Positions 1 through 8,667 of a DNA stretch of 64,000 bases are shown one piece after another. Position 1 is the stretch's first letter, and every line of letters starts with the position of its first letter. The DNA is from a virus, in IMG/VR virus record IMGVR_UViG_3300035670_000083, positions 36,285-100,284 of that record; one strand, 5' to 3'. Made by a program: the position numbers and the translations under genes. The notes under the pieces were generated by a model that was not told where the DNA came from, searched no databases, and worked only from the letters and a program-made list of their open reading frames with translations.

Positions 1-46
1 GGAGCTGAAGAATTAATTTTCTAAAATAAAAAATAAAAAAAAAGAT

Positions 47-259
47 ATGAATCAAAAATACTATGAAGCTTTGAAATTAAGATTTGAAGCTAAAATGAAA
101 GAAGCCGAGGCTAATCTAAGCATTTATCTATCTACCGATAATTTGGCTGCTATCGGAGAACATTCAGATTTAATGGAAGAACAAGAGAAATGGATTGAAG
201 TTTGGGTAGATTCCAAAGATAAACTCGAATCTTTAAAAGAGTTAAAAAAAATAATATAA
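47..259 (+). CDS. hypothetical protein (helical)
   Basis: 70-aa ORF, co-oriented with neighbours; no recognisable motif. Confidence 0.6.
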   Translation: MNQKYYEALKLRFEAKMKEAEANLSIYLSTDNLAAIGEHSDLMEEQEKWIEVWVDSKDKLESLKELKKII

Positions 260-263
260 TAAT

Positions 264-926
264 ATGAGTAATGATAAAAAATTCGAAAGTTTAACTGTAA
301 AACCAGATGTAAATTTCTTTGAAAATGAAGAAATGTTTAGAGTCTTAGACTTTGATGTTGAAGCTAACTTGGATTCTAAGGTAGAATCTGTTGAAAATTA
401 CATGATGGAAAATACAGGTGAAGGAAAAACTGAGCAAGAGAAAGATTCTCTTTATGCAAATGCTCAACAACTATATCTTGAATATAAAAATGAATTAAGA
501 GAAGCTAAATTCAATTTTTTCTTTAATCGACCACAATATAACTTATTGACTGATTTACTATTGAAAAAATTGGAGTATGATGTTAATACCTTATTCATAG
601 CTTTGGAACTTAATGAAATGTTAAATTCAATTCATGGAACTAAATTTAAAAATGATAACGATTTAGCTGAAATTAAACTAACAGCAACTGAATTAACTTA
701 TGTTTATCATTTGATACAAACACATAAAGTTAAAGGTTTGACTCAACAAGCTTTTACTTTCGCTTCTCTTTTGACTAGAATTGGAGACGCATCAAAAATC
801 ATAAACTATTATGATGCGAAGGCAAAAACTTTAGTTGAAGAGATTCAAAAATGGGCTTTGTCATTAGATGGTGGTCAACTATTGATGTCAGAAGTTTTAC
901 CAAGTCAAGAAACCAATGAAGGATAA
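264..926 (+). CDS. hypothetical protein
   Basis: 220-aa ORF with phage-like composition. Confidence 0.75.
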   Translation: MSNDKKFESLTVKPDVNFFENEEMFRVLDFDVEANLDSKVESVENYMMENTGEGKTEQEKDSLYANAQQLYLEYKNELREAKFNFFFNRPQYNLLTDLLLKKLEYDVNTLFIALELNEMLNSIHGTKFKNDNDLAEIKLTATELTYVYHLIQTHKVKGLTQQAFTFASLLTRIGDASKIINYYDAKAKTLVEEIQKWALSLDGGQLLMSEVLPSQETNEG

Positions 927-1128
927 CATAAAAGACTTAGTTAGTAGAATTAAAGGATTGAGGCGATTGAGAAATGCCTCAATCCGATATTCTGAATATA
1001 TTTCGGGATCCTTGGATAAAAGCATTTCTTACTCTGATTATTTATCAGATTTGAGTGATTCTTATGGTCCTGATGCAATATCCTATTCAAGTTATTTATC
1101 AGAAAATGTTGAAAAATCAACTAAGTGA
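916..1128 (+). CDS. small protein carrying scaffold-like SISYSEYL repeats
   Basis: SIRYSEYISGSLDKSISYSDYL...ISYSSYLSENVEK resembles the 14-aa repeats of 59458..61581. Confidence 0.6.
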   Translation: MKDNIKDLVSRIKGLRRLRNASIRYSEYISGSLDKSISYSDYLSDLSDSYGPDAISYSSYLSENVEKSTK

Positions 1129-1334
1129 TTAAAATTTTCTTTTATTTTCTGAGGTAGGTTTTTGTGTTTTGTTTTTGCAAAATCTCTTAAAGCTTTTTTA
1201 CCTTTCTTTTTTCCTTTTTTCATAAAGGATTTAGCTACTTTTTTTATTTCTTCTGGAACATCTTTAGTTTGTCCTGTTGCGTAAGCATAGGCTGCTCCCA
1301 TAAGTCTTTGTTGTGATTTAGATTTAGAAGGCAT
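1092..1334 (-). CDS. small basic protein (DUF3008-like)
   Basis: MPSKSKSQQRLMGAA...LRDFAKTKHKNLP pattern; TAATATATA upstream on minus strand. Confidence 0.7.
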   Translation of the reverse strand: MPSKSKSQQRLMGAAYAYATGQTKDVPEEIKKVAKSFMKKGKKKGKKALRDFAKTKHKNLPQKIKENFNHLVDFSTFSDK

Positions 1335-1361
1335 ATAATTTGAGATATTTTTTATTATATA

Positions 1362-1976
1362 TTAAATTGGACAATGTGATGCGGAGTAAATGAATTTCCA
1401 ATTTCTTTTAATATTCAATCCTAATGATTCTGCTGTTGTTATAATATCCTCTAAACACTCAGAATCTGATCCTCCAACGATTTCAATATTTTCACCTTTT
1501 AATTTTTGAAAAATTTCATAAAGTTTTTTTGGTAAATGGAACCATTTATGATTATTGCCAATATAAACTATTATAGTTCCTTCTTTTGTTGGAAAGAATT
1601 CACCTTTTTTCAATAAATTTTTATTTTCTTTTTCTTTTATGTTGTTATAAACTTTTTTATCCAGTATTTTTTTATAGAAATCGGCATTAACATCATAATT
1701 GTATCTTTTTTCAATTAGTTCTTTTTGATTTGTAAAGTGATATAGATCATCATGGATAGGTATTTCGGGTTCTTCGTGATAAAGGTAATCTTTATCTACA
1801 TTCTTACCTTCTACGTGGTTGTCCCAAATTTGATAAACATTTTCAAAGTTATTACAATGCTTCTTTAATTCGTTTAAATAAAGTTCTGTAAAGAATTTAG
1901 AGAATGACTTTTGTACATCAACAATTATAAGTGAAGTTTTAATATTGTGACTTTCAAATGTTTTAAGATATTTCAT
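1362..1976 (-). CDS. isochorismatase/cysteine-hydrolase family protein with capsid-targeting-like N-terminus
   Basis: LIIVDVQ motif, VGG..ECL Cys; starts MKYLKTFES. Confidence 0.65.
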   Translation of the reverse strand: MKYLKTFESHNIKTSLIIVDVQKSFSKFFTELYLNELKKHCNNFENVYQIWDNHVEGKNVDKDYLYHEEPEIPIHDDLYHFTNQKELIEKRYNYDVNADFYKKILDKKVYNNIKEKENKNLLKKGEFFPTKEGTIIVYIGNNHKWFHLPKKLYEIFQKLKGENIEIVGGSDSECLEDIITTAESLGLNIKRNWKFIYSASHCPI

Positions 1977-1990
1977 ACTATTATATATTT

Positions 1991-2019
1991 AAAAACCCAC
2001 TAAAAATTAGTGGGTTTTT
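1991..2019. terminator. intrinsic terminator (hairpin flanked by A/T tracts)
   Basis: AAAAACCCACTAA-AAA-TTAGTGGGTTTTT. Confidence 0.8.
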
Positions 2020-2043
2020 AAATAATTTAAAATTTTGTTTTGA

Positions 2044-2691
2044 TTAAAGTGGAAGTTCTTCTTCTCCTTCTTCACCTTCTGTTTCTTCTCCTTCTATTTC
2101 CTCGAATTCTCCTTGTCCCTGAGCTTGTCCTTGCATCTGAGTTTGTCCCTGAGCTTGTCCTTGCATCTGAGCTTGTCCCTGAGCTTGTCCTTGCATCTGA
2201 GCTTGTCCCTGAGCTTGTCCTTGTCCTTGAGCTTGTCCTTGCATCTGAGATTGTCCTTGCATCTGAGTTTGTCCTTGAGATTGTCCTTGCATTTGAGGTT
2301 CTTCTTGCATCTGTCCCTGTCCTTGCATTTGACCTTGTGGTTGTGCTTCCACTTGAATCTGTGCTTGTTGACCTTGAGGTTGAGTCTGTACTTCTCCTTG
2401 TCCTTGTGCATCACCAGTTAAAGCTCCTGCTGGAATTTGATCAACATTTAAGAAGTTCTGTGTTATATATTTTACAACTTCTTCAGCTATATCAACATCA
2501 CCAAAGAATTGTCTTAGGTTTTTACCAGTGTTGTCTTTCACTTTCTTAACATAAGCGTTAATCATTGATTGTGGTATGTCAATCATTGTTCTCACCTTAT
2601 AGATGTCGTTAACTTGTAGAACAGATTCTTTAATGATCTCTTCTTTTCTTTTTTTGGTTTGATAGTTTCCAAATTTTCTAATATGTTTCAT
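2044..2691 (-). CDS. putative head protein with Gln/Gly-rich and acidic C-terminus
   Basis: MKHIRKF N-terminus, QGQAQMQGQA repeats, EEL-rich end; late promoter motif upstream. Confidence 0.75.
   Translation of the reverse strand: MKHIRKFGNYQTKKRKEEIIKESVLQVNDIYKVRTMIDIPQSMINAYVKKVKDNTGKNLRQFFGDVDIAEEVVKYITQNFLNVDQIPAGALTGDAQGQGEVQTQPQGQQAQIQVEAQPQGQMQGQGQMQEEPQMQGQSQGQTQMQGQSQMQGQAQGQGQAQGQAQMQGQAQGQAQMQGQAQGQTQMQGQAQGQGEFEEIEGEETEGEEGEEELPL
2108..2345 (-). repeat. coding tandem repeat (Gln-Gly-Ala-Met, ~30-bp unit)
   Basis: repeated CTGAGCTTGTCCTTGCATCTGAGCTTGTCC on plus strand. Confidence 0.9.
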
Positions 2692-2742
2692 ATTAATAGA
2701 TAATTTTTTATATACTATATATTAGTTAAAAAAACTCACTTT

Positions 2743-3300
2743 TTACCGAGTTCCGAAGAATATTCCAAGAACAATTGCTGCTGCTGTGGCAACTCCTGTT
2801 GTTGTCCATCCTATTATTTTTTGGGTATTTGATTTATTGAGATCTTTTTTTAATCCTTCGATAATCTCATCTTTATTTTCTATTTGTTGATTTGTTAAAT
2901 CTAATTCTAAAATCTTTGAGGCAACTTGTTGTTTAAGATTGTTTATCTGTGACTTTTGATTATTTAGTTGTTGATTCAAATTTTCAATTTTTACTTCCTG
3001 TATATGTATTTTTCTATCTTGTTCATCAATAACAGCGACAAAATATGAATCTAAAGAATCACATTTCATGCCTTTTTTCTCAAAAAGTTCTAATAGATCA
3101 GTGTTGTTATCTAATATTTGAAGTTGTTTTACTGTTATTATTACTCCTATTGTATCACCATTTTGTACAAAGTATTCTGGTAAATTTTCTTTATTGAAAA
3201 CAACTGATTCTGTATTTGTTTCAGTAGATATTGTATCTATTTCTTGTGAGAAAACATTTATTGTGATAAAGAGTGATAAGATTAAAAAAATTGTTCTCAT
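2743..3300 (-). CDS. secreted/membrane coiled-coil protein (possible spanin-like lysis component)
   Basis: signal peptide ...INVFS|Q, coiled coil, C-terminal hydrophobic segment. Confidence 0.55.
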   Translation of the reverse strand: MRTIFLILSLFITINVFSQEIDTISTETNTESVVFNKENLPEYFVQNGDTIGVIITVKQLQILDNNTDLLELFEKKGMKCDSLDSYFVAVIDEQDRKIHIQEVKIENLNQQLNNQKSQINNLKQQVASKILELDLTNQQIENKDEIIEGLKKDLNKSNTQKIIGWTTTGVATAAAIVLGIFFGTR

Positions 3301-3304
3301 TTTG

Positions 3305-3754
3305 TTATTTTGTTTTTTCTTTGATTGAATCTAATAAAGATTTTCCAGTTCTATTTGGTGGATTTTTTTTAAATTCTTCAATATCTTTATTTAATTTTTC
3401 TTTTTCTGATAAGGCATCTTTCAATTCTTTGTTTTTTCTCATCAGGTTTTTATCAACTTGTATCAATCTAAGGTTCAATTCTTCGTATTCTGATTCAAGT
3501 TTTACTAGTTTGATAGAATCTTTTTCAAATTTCATAAGAAGTGTTTCATATTCTTTTCTTATCTTGTTTTTCTCTTTTTCAATTAATCTATTTTCTTTTT
3601 CAAGTTCTTTTCTTTGTTCTTTGTGAGTATTTCCATCTAACATTGCTTTTGTATAGAAAACTCCACATACTATAAATAGTATAATAATAATAACTGATTT
3701 TAGATCTAATCTAGCGACGAATGTTGTTCCGAACTCTTTTAGGTTTTCTTTCAT
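3305..3754 (-). CDS. N-terminal TM plus coiled-coil protein (i-spanin-like)
   Basis: VIIIILFIVCGVFY helix followed by long heptad region. Confidence 0.55.
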   Translation of the reverse strand: MKENLKEFGTTFVARLDLKSVIIIILFIVCGVFYTKAMLDGNTHKEQRKELEKENRLIEKEKNKIRKEYETLLMKFEKDSIKLVKLESEYEELNLRLIQVDKNLMRKNKELKDALSEKEKLNKDIEEFKKNPPNRTGKSLLDSIKEKTK

Positions 3755-3795
3755 GATTTTTAATAATTTTTTGATTTAGTATTCAAAAAAATAAC

Positions 3796-3803
3796 TATAT
3801 TTG
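3796..3803 (+). promoter_or_regulatory. Bacteroidota-type -7 promoter box TATATTTG
   Basis: matches TAnnTTTG consensus ~30 nt upstream of 3833 ATG. Confidence 0.6.
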
Positions 3804-3832
3804 TAAATATATATCAAAAATAAAACTCCCTA

Positions 3833-4360
3833 ATGATTAAAAGAATTGTATCATATGACTTTGATGGAACTTTATGTTTCACACCTGAACCTATTGAAGG
3901 TGAAAAAGTTTGGAAAAAAGAAACTGGAACCGATTGGCCTTATACTGGTTGGTGGTCAAAAAAAGAAACATTGGATTTGAATATTTTTGATATTCCTGTT
4001 AATCAATTTGTTTATAGGAAATATCTTGATGATATGGCTCGTAAAGAGGAAAAGAATGATACTTTTGTATTGTTGGCAACTGGTAGACTTGAAAGATTAA
4101 GAAAAGAAGTTGAAAAAGTTCTGAATCATCATAACTTATCATTTGATAAGGTTTCTCTTAATACAGGTGGAGATACTTATACATTCAAGAAAAGACTTTT
4201 TGAGGATTTGATTAAAGAATATAATCCTGAGGTTTTTGTTATGTATGATGATAGGCATGAGCATTTGGTAAAATTTGAAGAATGGGCGAAAACACAACCT
4301 TGTCGTGTAGAAATCATAGATGTTACTAAGAGTAATAAAACACCAAAAATTATAAATTAA
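3833..4360 (+). CDS. HAD-superfamily phosphatase-like protein
   Basis: YDFDGTL (motif I), ATGR (II), MYDDR (IV). Confidence 0.8.
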   Translation: MIKRIVSYDFDGTLCFTPEPIEGEKVWKKETGTDWPYTGWWSKKETLDLNIFDIPVNQFVYRKYLDDMARKEEKNDTFVLLATGRLERLRKEVEKVLNHHNLSFDKVSLNTGGDTYTFKKRLFEDLIKEYNPEVFVMYDDRHEHLVKFEEWAKTQPCRVEIIDVTKSNKTPKIIN

Positions 4361-4364
4361 AAAT

Positions 4365-4646
4365 ATGAGTACAATAACAGAAAAAAAATCAAAATCAAAA
4401 GTAGATGAAATACTTTCAAAGCCATTTAAGTTGATTCTTCACAACGATGATTATAATTCCTTCGAATGGGTAATAACTTGTTTGATTAAAGTTTGTGGAC
4501 ATGATCATCAACAAGCTGAGCAGTGTGCTCATATAGTTCATTTTAACGGTGAATGTGATGTTAAAAGAGGTGATTATGAGAAACTATCTGTGATGAAGGA
4601 GAAATTACAGAATGCTGGTTTGTCAGTTACTATAGAATCAAATTAG
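4365..4646 (+). CDS. clpS: ATP-dependent Clp protease adaptor ClpS
   Basis: LILHNDDYNSFEWV...AHIVHFNG signature. Confidence 0.9.
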   Translation: MSTITEKKSKSKVDEILSKPFKLILHNDDYNSFEWVITCLIKVCGHDHQQAEQCAHIVHFNGECDVKRGDYEKLSVMKEKLQNAGLSVTIESN

Positions 4647-4669
4647 TAAAGTATATCAAGAAATAGACT

Positions 4670-4701
4670 GAACCTCACATTACATATACATCTTGTTATA
4701 T
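4670..4701. repeat. attC-like half site A (right arm only)
   Basis: CTCACATTACATATACATCTTGTTA nearly identical to the right arm at 7072-7095. Confidence 0.7.
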
Positions 4702-4779
4702 TCAGTAATTTTTAAATTATTTTCAAAAAATCGTTTTTTTTTTTTATTAATATATAGAATATAAATATTATCAGAAGAA

Positions 4780-4818
4780 ATGAAAAATGTAAAACTATAT
4801 AAAGTGGATACGTATTAA
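4780..4818 (+). pseudogene. truncated cassette remnant MKNVKLYKVDTY
   Basis: late promoter at ~4748, MKxxKL start, stops after 12 codons, followed by a cassette end ACACATAAC. Confidence 0.4.
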
Positions 4819-4830
4819 TTTTTTTATTAC

Positions 4831-4880
4831 ACATAACGTTCCGATTATTTGCGTTCGGTGGGGCGTTACACCACCAATGA
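4831..4880. repeat. attC-like half site B (left arm)
   Basis: ACATAACGTTCCGATTATTTGCG..., no matching right arm/GTTA closing the stem. Confidence 0.55.
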
Positions 4881-4887
4881 TTATTAT

Positions 4888-5720
4888 ATGAGTAAAGAAA
4901 TGAGAAGGTTAATAGTTACTTTTAATAAGTTTGTTATTAAAGAAAAGTCTAATAATATTAAAAAATAGTTTCAAAATATGATGCTCCGTATGGAATTATT
5001 TTTGATGGGGAAAACAAAATATTAGTTGGTGATATGCACCAAACACCAGTTGAATTATCTAAAAAACTTGAAAATAAAGTAGTTAATGTTGCAAACAAAT
5101 ATGGTTATTATGGTGAAGGTATTGGTTTGGAACATAACGAAGCAATCACCAAATCATCTTTTTATGAAAGATTAGACCCCAAAAAACATTATGGTTCTTG
5201 GGATAGAAAATTAATTGAAAGTGGTGAAGTACCTGAAGATAAAAAATATTTTTTTTTGTATGCTTTGTTTTCAAATCCAAAAGAAAATCATAGATTAGAA
5301 AAATTATTGGAAAATACGGAAGAAGAAGATACAATTTTTTATGTCTTACTAAAAACTATACCCGATTGGTCAGCAGATATGGGTAAATTTAGTTTAGGAC
5401 AAAAAGAACTAAATAAATTTCTTAAAGAAATAAGTGAAAATGGAATTGATTTTATTCAAATGTCACAACAAAAAGCAGATGAAAAATCATTATCAGAATT
5501 TTTAGATTTAGGAGAAAAATTACAATGGCCTGAAAAAAATTGGCAAGATTATCCAAATATGGCAGGTAAATTTGCAAGAGTGGCGACAACCATTAGAGAC
5601 CAATTTTTAATTAATGCTGGACCTGGGGTTTATTTTGTCGGTGCGGGACATCTTAAAGATATTGTAAAAATGGGCAAAGAAAAAAAATTATCTTTAATAG
5701 GGGGCGAAAAAATCATGTAA
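4888..5720 (+). pseudogene. frameshifted cassette gene, TraB/GumN(TIKI)-like
   Basis: MSKEMRRLIVTFNKFVIKE... joins the 5034..5720 frame if one A is added in the A6 run 4960-4965; GDMH and YFVGAGHL motifs. Confidence 0.55.
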
Positions 5721-5733
5721 AAAATATTGTGTA

Positions 5734-5781
5734 TAACGTCCGATGATAAACAATCGCTTTAATGTTGTTTATCATTTGTTA
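5734..5781. repeat. attC-like site C (48 bp)
   Basis: TAAC-GTCCG-ATGATAAACAA-TCGCTTTAATG-TTGTTTATCAT-TT-GTTA. Confidence 0.9.
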
Positions 5782-5859
5782 TATTCAGTTAAATTTTTTC
5801 AATTATTTCAAAAAACCGTTTTCTTTATTAATATATAAAAGAAAAATAATATTAAAACT

Positions 5860-6534
5860 ATGAAACATATAAAAAAATATGAAACTTTTCTAGAAAAAAA
5901 ATGGATACTAGGAATAAATGAAAACATTTTTGATAAAATTGAATCACTAGTTAAGGGAAAATCAGACTCTGGTAAAATTATATCCGAATTCTTAACTAAG
6001 AACGGAATTAAAGAAACTGGGACTGCATATTCAATTCTCTATTTGGGCGGTGCTAATCCAGGCAAATCCGAATTAAGTCACCCATTTGATTATTTACATT
6101 ATACACCAGGTATCGCTAAGATTACAGAAGATGGTGTTTTAGTATTAAATGATGAAAAATCTAAATCATTAAAAACACCAGATACATTATCATTTCTAGC
6201 AATTATTGAAAAAGATGATATTGTTAAAAATTGGACATTTGGATTAAAACAAGGGTGTAGTGTAAATAAAAATGATTATACTTTTGATTTAACAAAGGAT
6301 ATTTCAACTCTAACTTTTAAAAAATCTATGTGGTCAATGTTGAAACAAACTTGGATTAAAGGAGAAGATGAAGTTGTAGAACTTGATAATGATATTACTG
6401 AACTTAAAGAGGAAGATACTATATCCTTCAAAACCCCTATGAATATGATAACTCTACAACAATGGGTTGATAAGTTGAATGAGACAGGATGGGTTAAAGA
6501 AAATAGTAAATATTTTAAAGAATATATAAAGTAG
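5860..6534 (+). CDS. cassette gene, hypothetical with capsid-targeting-like N-terminus
   Basis: MKHIKKYETFLE; TAATATATA at 5829-5837. Confidence 0.8.
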   Translation: MKHIKKYETFLEKKWILGINENIFDKIESLVKGKSDSGKIISEFLTKNGIKETGTAYSILYLGGANPGKSELSHPFDYLHYTPGIAKITEDGVLVLNDEKSKSLKTPDTLSFLAIIEKDDIVKNWTFGLKQGCSVNKNDYTFDLTKDISTLTFKKSMWSMLKQTWIKGEDEVVELDNDITELKEEDTISFKTPMNMITLQQWVDKLNETGWVKENSKYFKEYIK

Positions 6535-6617
6535 GCAATAATCCACAAATAAAAAACACCAATTCGTTAAGTGAAATTGATTATTTTATATCCACAATTG
6601 GAAAACGAAACAGAACT

Positions 6618-6665
6618 TAACGGTTGAGAATATGTGTTCGTTTTAATGACACATATTCTTTGTTA
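6618..6665. repeat. attC-like site D (48 bp)
   Basis: TAAC-GGTTG-AGAATATGTGT-TCGTTTTAATG-ACACATATTCT-TT-GTTA. Confidence 0.9.
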
Positions 6666-6691
6666 TATTTAGTATCAAAAATTTTATACAA

Positions 6692-6934
6692 ATGAAAAAA
6701 TGTAAATGTATTAAAGAATCTTCTTGGTTTTTAATTGATGATTCCTTCGATAAGAATTCTAAATTAAATGGTGGTGGATTTTCTTTTCAAGTAGGTAGTG
6801 AATATGATTATTTTGAAGAAGATACACCATTTGGAAATGGTATGTCGGTTATCCATCCTAAACATGGGAAAGAAAATCCTACTGGTTTTGATGAAAGAAG
6901 ATTCTACGAACACTTTGAAATAATAAACTCATAA
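6692..6934 (+). CDS. cassette gene, small hypothetical
   Basis: 80-aa ORF filling the interval between sites D and E. Confidence 0.75.
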   Translation: MKKCKCIKESSWFLIDDSFDKNSKLNGGGFSFQVGSEYDYFEEDTPFGNGMSVIHPKHGKENPTGFDERRFYEHFEIINS

Positions 6935-6952
6935 AATTTTTGATATTGAACC

Positions 6953-7095
6953 TAACGATACTCAGATATATTTAGGTTTTCTTTTTAATGTAGTGTGAGA
7001 TTTGAAACACTACCTGTCAATATACCAACAAACTCTATTAGAAGCACTTACCTTCAATTAACCACCGAATCTCACATTACATATACACCTTGTTA
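6953..7095. repeat. attC-like site E (chimeric, 143 bp)
   Basis: left arm of G/J type, right arm of I/A type, inner stem ATGTAGTGTGAGATT/AATCTCACATTACAT. Confidence 0.75.
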
Positions 7096-7204
7096 TGTGT
7101 AGGTGTGATTATTTACCACCAAACTCTATTCGGAGAACTGAAAGAAAATTTTAGAAAAAAGAAGGGAGGGAAATTTAATTCAGAATATTTTATATATATC
7201 ATCT

Positions 7205-8020
7205 ATGATACTCAAATTTAATCAGTTTATAACTGAAAGACTTTCCTATTCTGAAGATGTTGAGATGATCTCAAAGATTATAATTGAATACTTATATGGT
7301 AAAGAAAACTGGGAATCAGAAGAAGTGATAAAAATAGATAATTCGGTTATAAATGAAGTAAGAATACAATTCATAGATAATTTAAGTAAGTTAGGAAAAA
7401 AATCATCATTTAATCCAAATAAATCAGATTATAATAATCGTATGATATTTTTAGAATTTGATCCAGATGAAATCACCGAAGGATTGTTAAATCATGAAGT
7501 ATTTCATGGGTGGGAATGGATTCGAAATGAAGGAAAACATTTAACTAATTCTTTTCAATTCGCAATTATTCAATTAAATAATTACTTTGAAGAAGATGAA
7601 AACATATCTGAAATTATTCAACTATTTTATTTAATGTCAGATGCTGAAATTAGATCTCATTTAAATAGTGATATATTTGAATTTAAAAGATGGAAAGAGG
7701 ATAAAAATACCACTTCGATGGAAGAAATAGATTTATTAATAGAGGAAACAGATACATTTCAAAATTATCAATTTGTGAAAAAATTTAATCTAAACGAATA
7801 TTTAAATAAATTGAGTACTGAGAAATTAGATGAATTTATATCAGCAGTTGAACAAATGAAGTATATGAAAGATGGTGAAGAGTCTGAAATTATGGTGAAG
7901 AGATTTTCTGATTTAGAGAGAAGTAAATTTATACAAAAGTTAAATATTATACACAAACAACAAAGTGAAAAAATTACTAAATATTTAGGAAAATTAATAT
8001 TATATTTCAGAAACTCTTAA
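7205..8020 (+). CDS. cassette gene, HExxH metallopeptidase-like with capsid-targeting-like N-terminus
   Basis: MILKFNQFITE; LNHEVFHG. Confidence 0.7.
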   Translation: MILKFNQFITERLSYSEDVEMISKIIIEYLYGKENWESEEVIKIDNSVINEVRIQFIDNLSKLGKKSSFNPNKSDYNNRMIFLEFDPDEITEGLLNHEVFHGWEWIRNEGKHLTNSFQFAIIQLNNYFEEDENISEIIQLFYLMSDAEIRSHLNSDIFEFKRWKEDKNTTSMEEIDLLIEETDTFQNYQFVKKFNLNEYLNKLSTEKLDEFISAVEQMKYMKDGEESEIMVKRFSDLERSKFIQKLNIIHKQQSEKITKYLGKLILYFRNS

Positions 8021-8061
8021 ATTTTTTTTAGAAAAAATTTATTTGATACATTTTTAATTAC

Positions 8062-8069
8062 TATATTTG
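8062..8069 (+). promoter_or_regulatory. Bacteroidota-type -7 box TATATTTG
   Basis: TAnnTTTG, with TTTG at 8042-8045 upstream. Confidence 0.55.
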
Positions 8070-8088
8070 CGTATATAATAAAAATAAA

Positions 8089-8342
8089 ATGGAAAATCTC
8101 AAACAAGAAAATAACTACGAAAAATTTGTTATCAGACAGAAGGTGGTTGGGTATTAAAAGAAGGCGTGGCTAAAAAGGAAGAGATAAGTTTTTTTGTTGT
8201 TAGTCCTGATGGTAAAGAACTTACTTGTTTAGATGGTTCAAATATATTCTCTTCTGTTGATAAATCTGATTTGTTAGAATCGTTTAATATGAGGTTTAAA
8301 ACAAACTGTGTTAGTGTAGAAAGACCAAATGTTTTTGAATAA
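8089..8342 (+). pseudogene. frameshifted small cassette gene
   Basis: MENLKQENNYEKFVI then a 1-nt shift near 8135 into EGGWVLKEGVAKKE...PNVFE*. Confidence 0.55.
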
Positions 8343-8368
8343 GAAAATAATTGAAAAATAATTCAATA

Positions 8369-8448
8369 TAACGGTTGCAAATATGAGAAGTAAATTTTTT
8401 CCATAAAAAAATAGAAAAATCAAAATTTATTTCTTATATTTGTTGTTA
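8369..8448. repeat. attC-like site F (80 bp)
   Basis: TAACGGTT-GCAAATATGAGAAGTAAATTTT...AAAATTTATTTCTTATATTTGT-TGTTA. Confidence 0.85.
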
Positions 8449-8474
8449 TATTTAGTAAAAATTAATTTATACAT

Positions 8475-8654
8475 ATGAAATACGAAGCACTTAAAAAAGA
8501 ATATTATGCAGTTTATGAAAAAGAACCAAGACACCAGAATGAAAAGAATGGTGTGATACTTGCACCATATAACACGAAAGAAGAAGCTGAACAAGCGAGA
8601 ATTAAATATGGTTATAGTGATGATAACTACTATGTTGATAAACTCATAAATTAA
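8475..8654 (+). CDS. cassette gene, 59-aa hypothetical (below ORF-track cutoff)
   Basis: MKYEALKKEYYAVYEKEPRHQNEKNGVILAPYNTKEEAEQARIKYGYSDDNYYVDKLIN*, fills the F-G interval. Confidence 0.75.
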   Translation: MKYEALKKEYYAVYEKEPRHQNEKNGVILAPYNTKEEAEQARIKYGYSDDNYYVDKLIN

Positions 8655-8667
8655 TTTTTATTGAATA

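Noticed and set aside
2040-2549. ORFs 2040..2549+, 2094..2414-, 2113..2421+
   Set aside because: Shadow frames of the Gln/Gly tandem repeat in 2044..2691.
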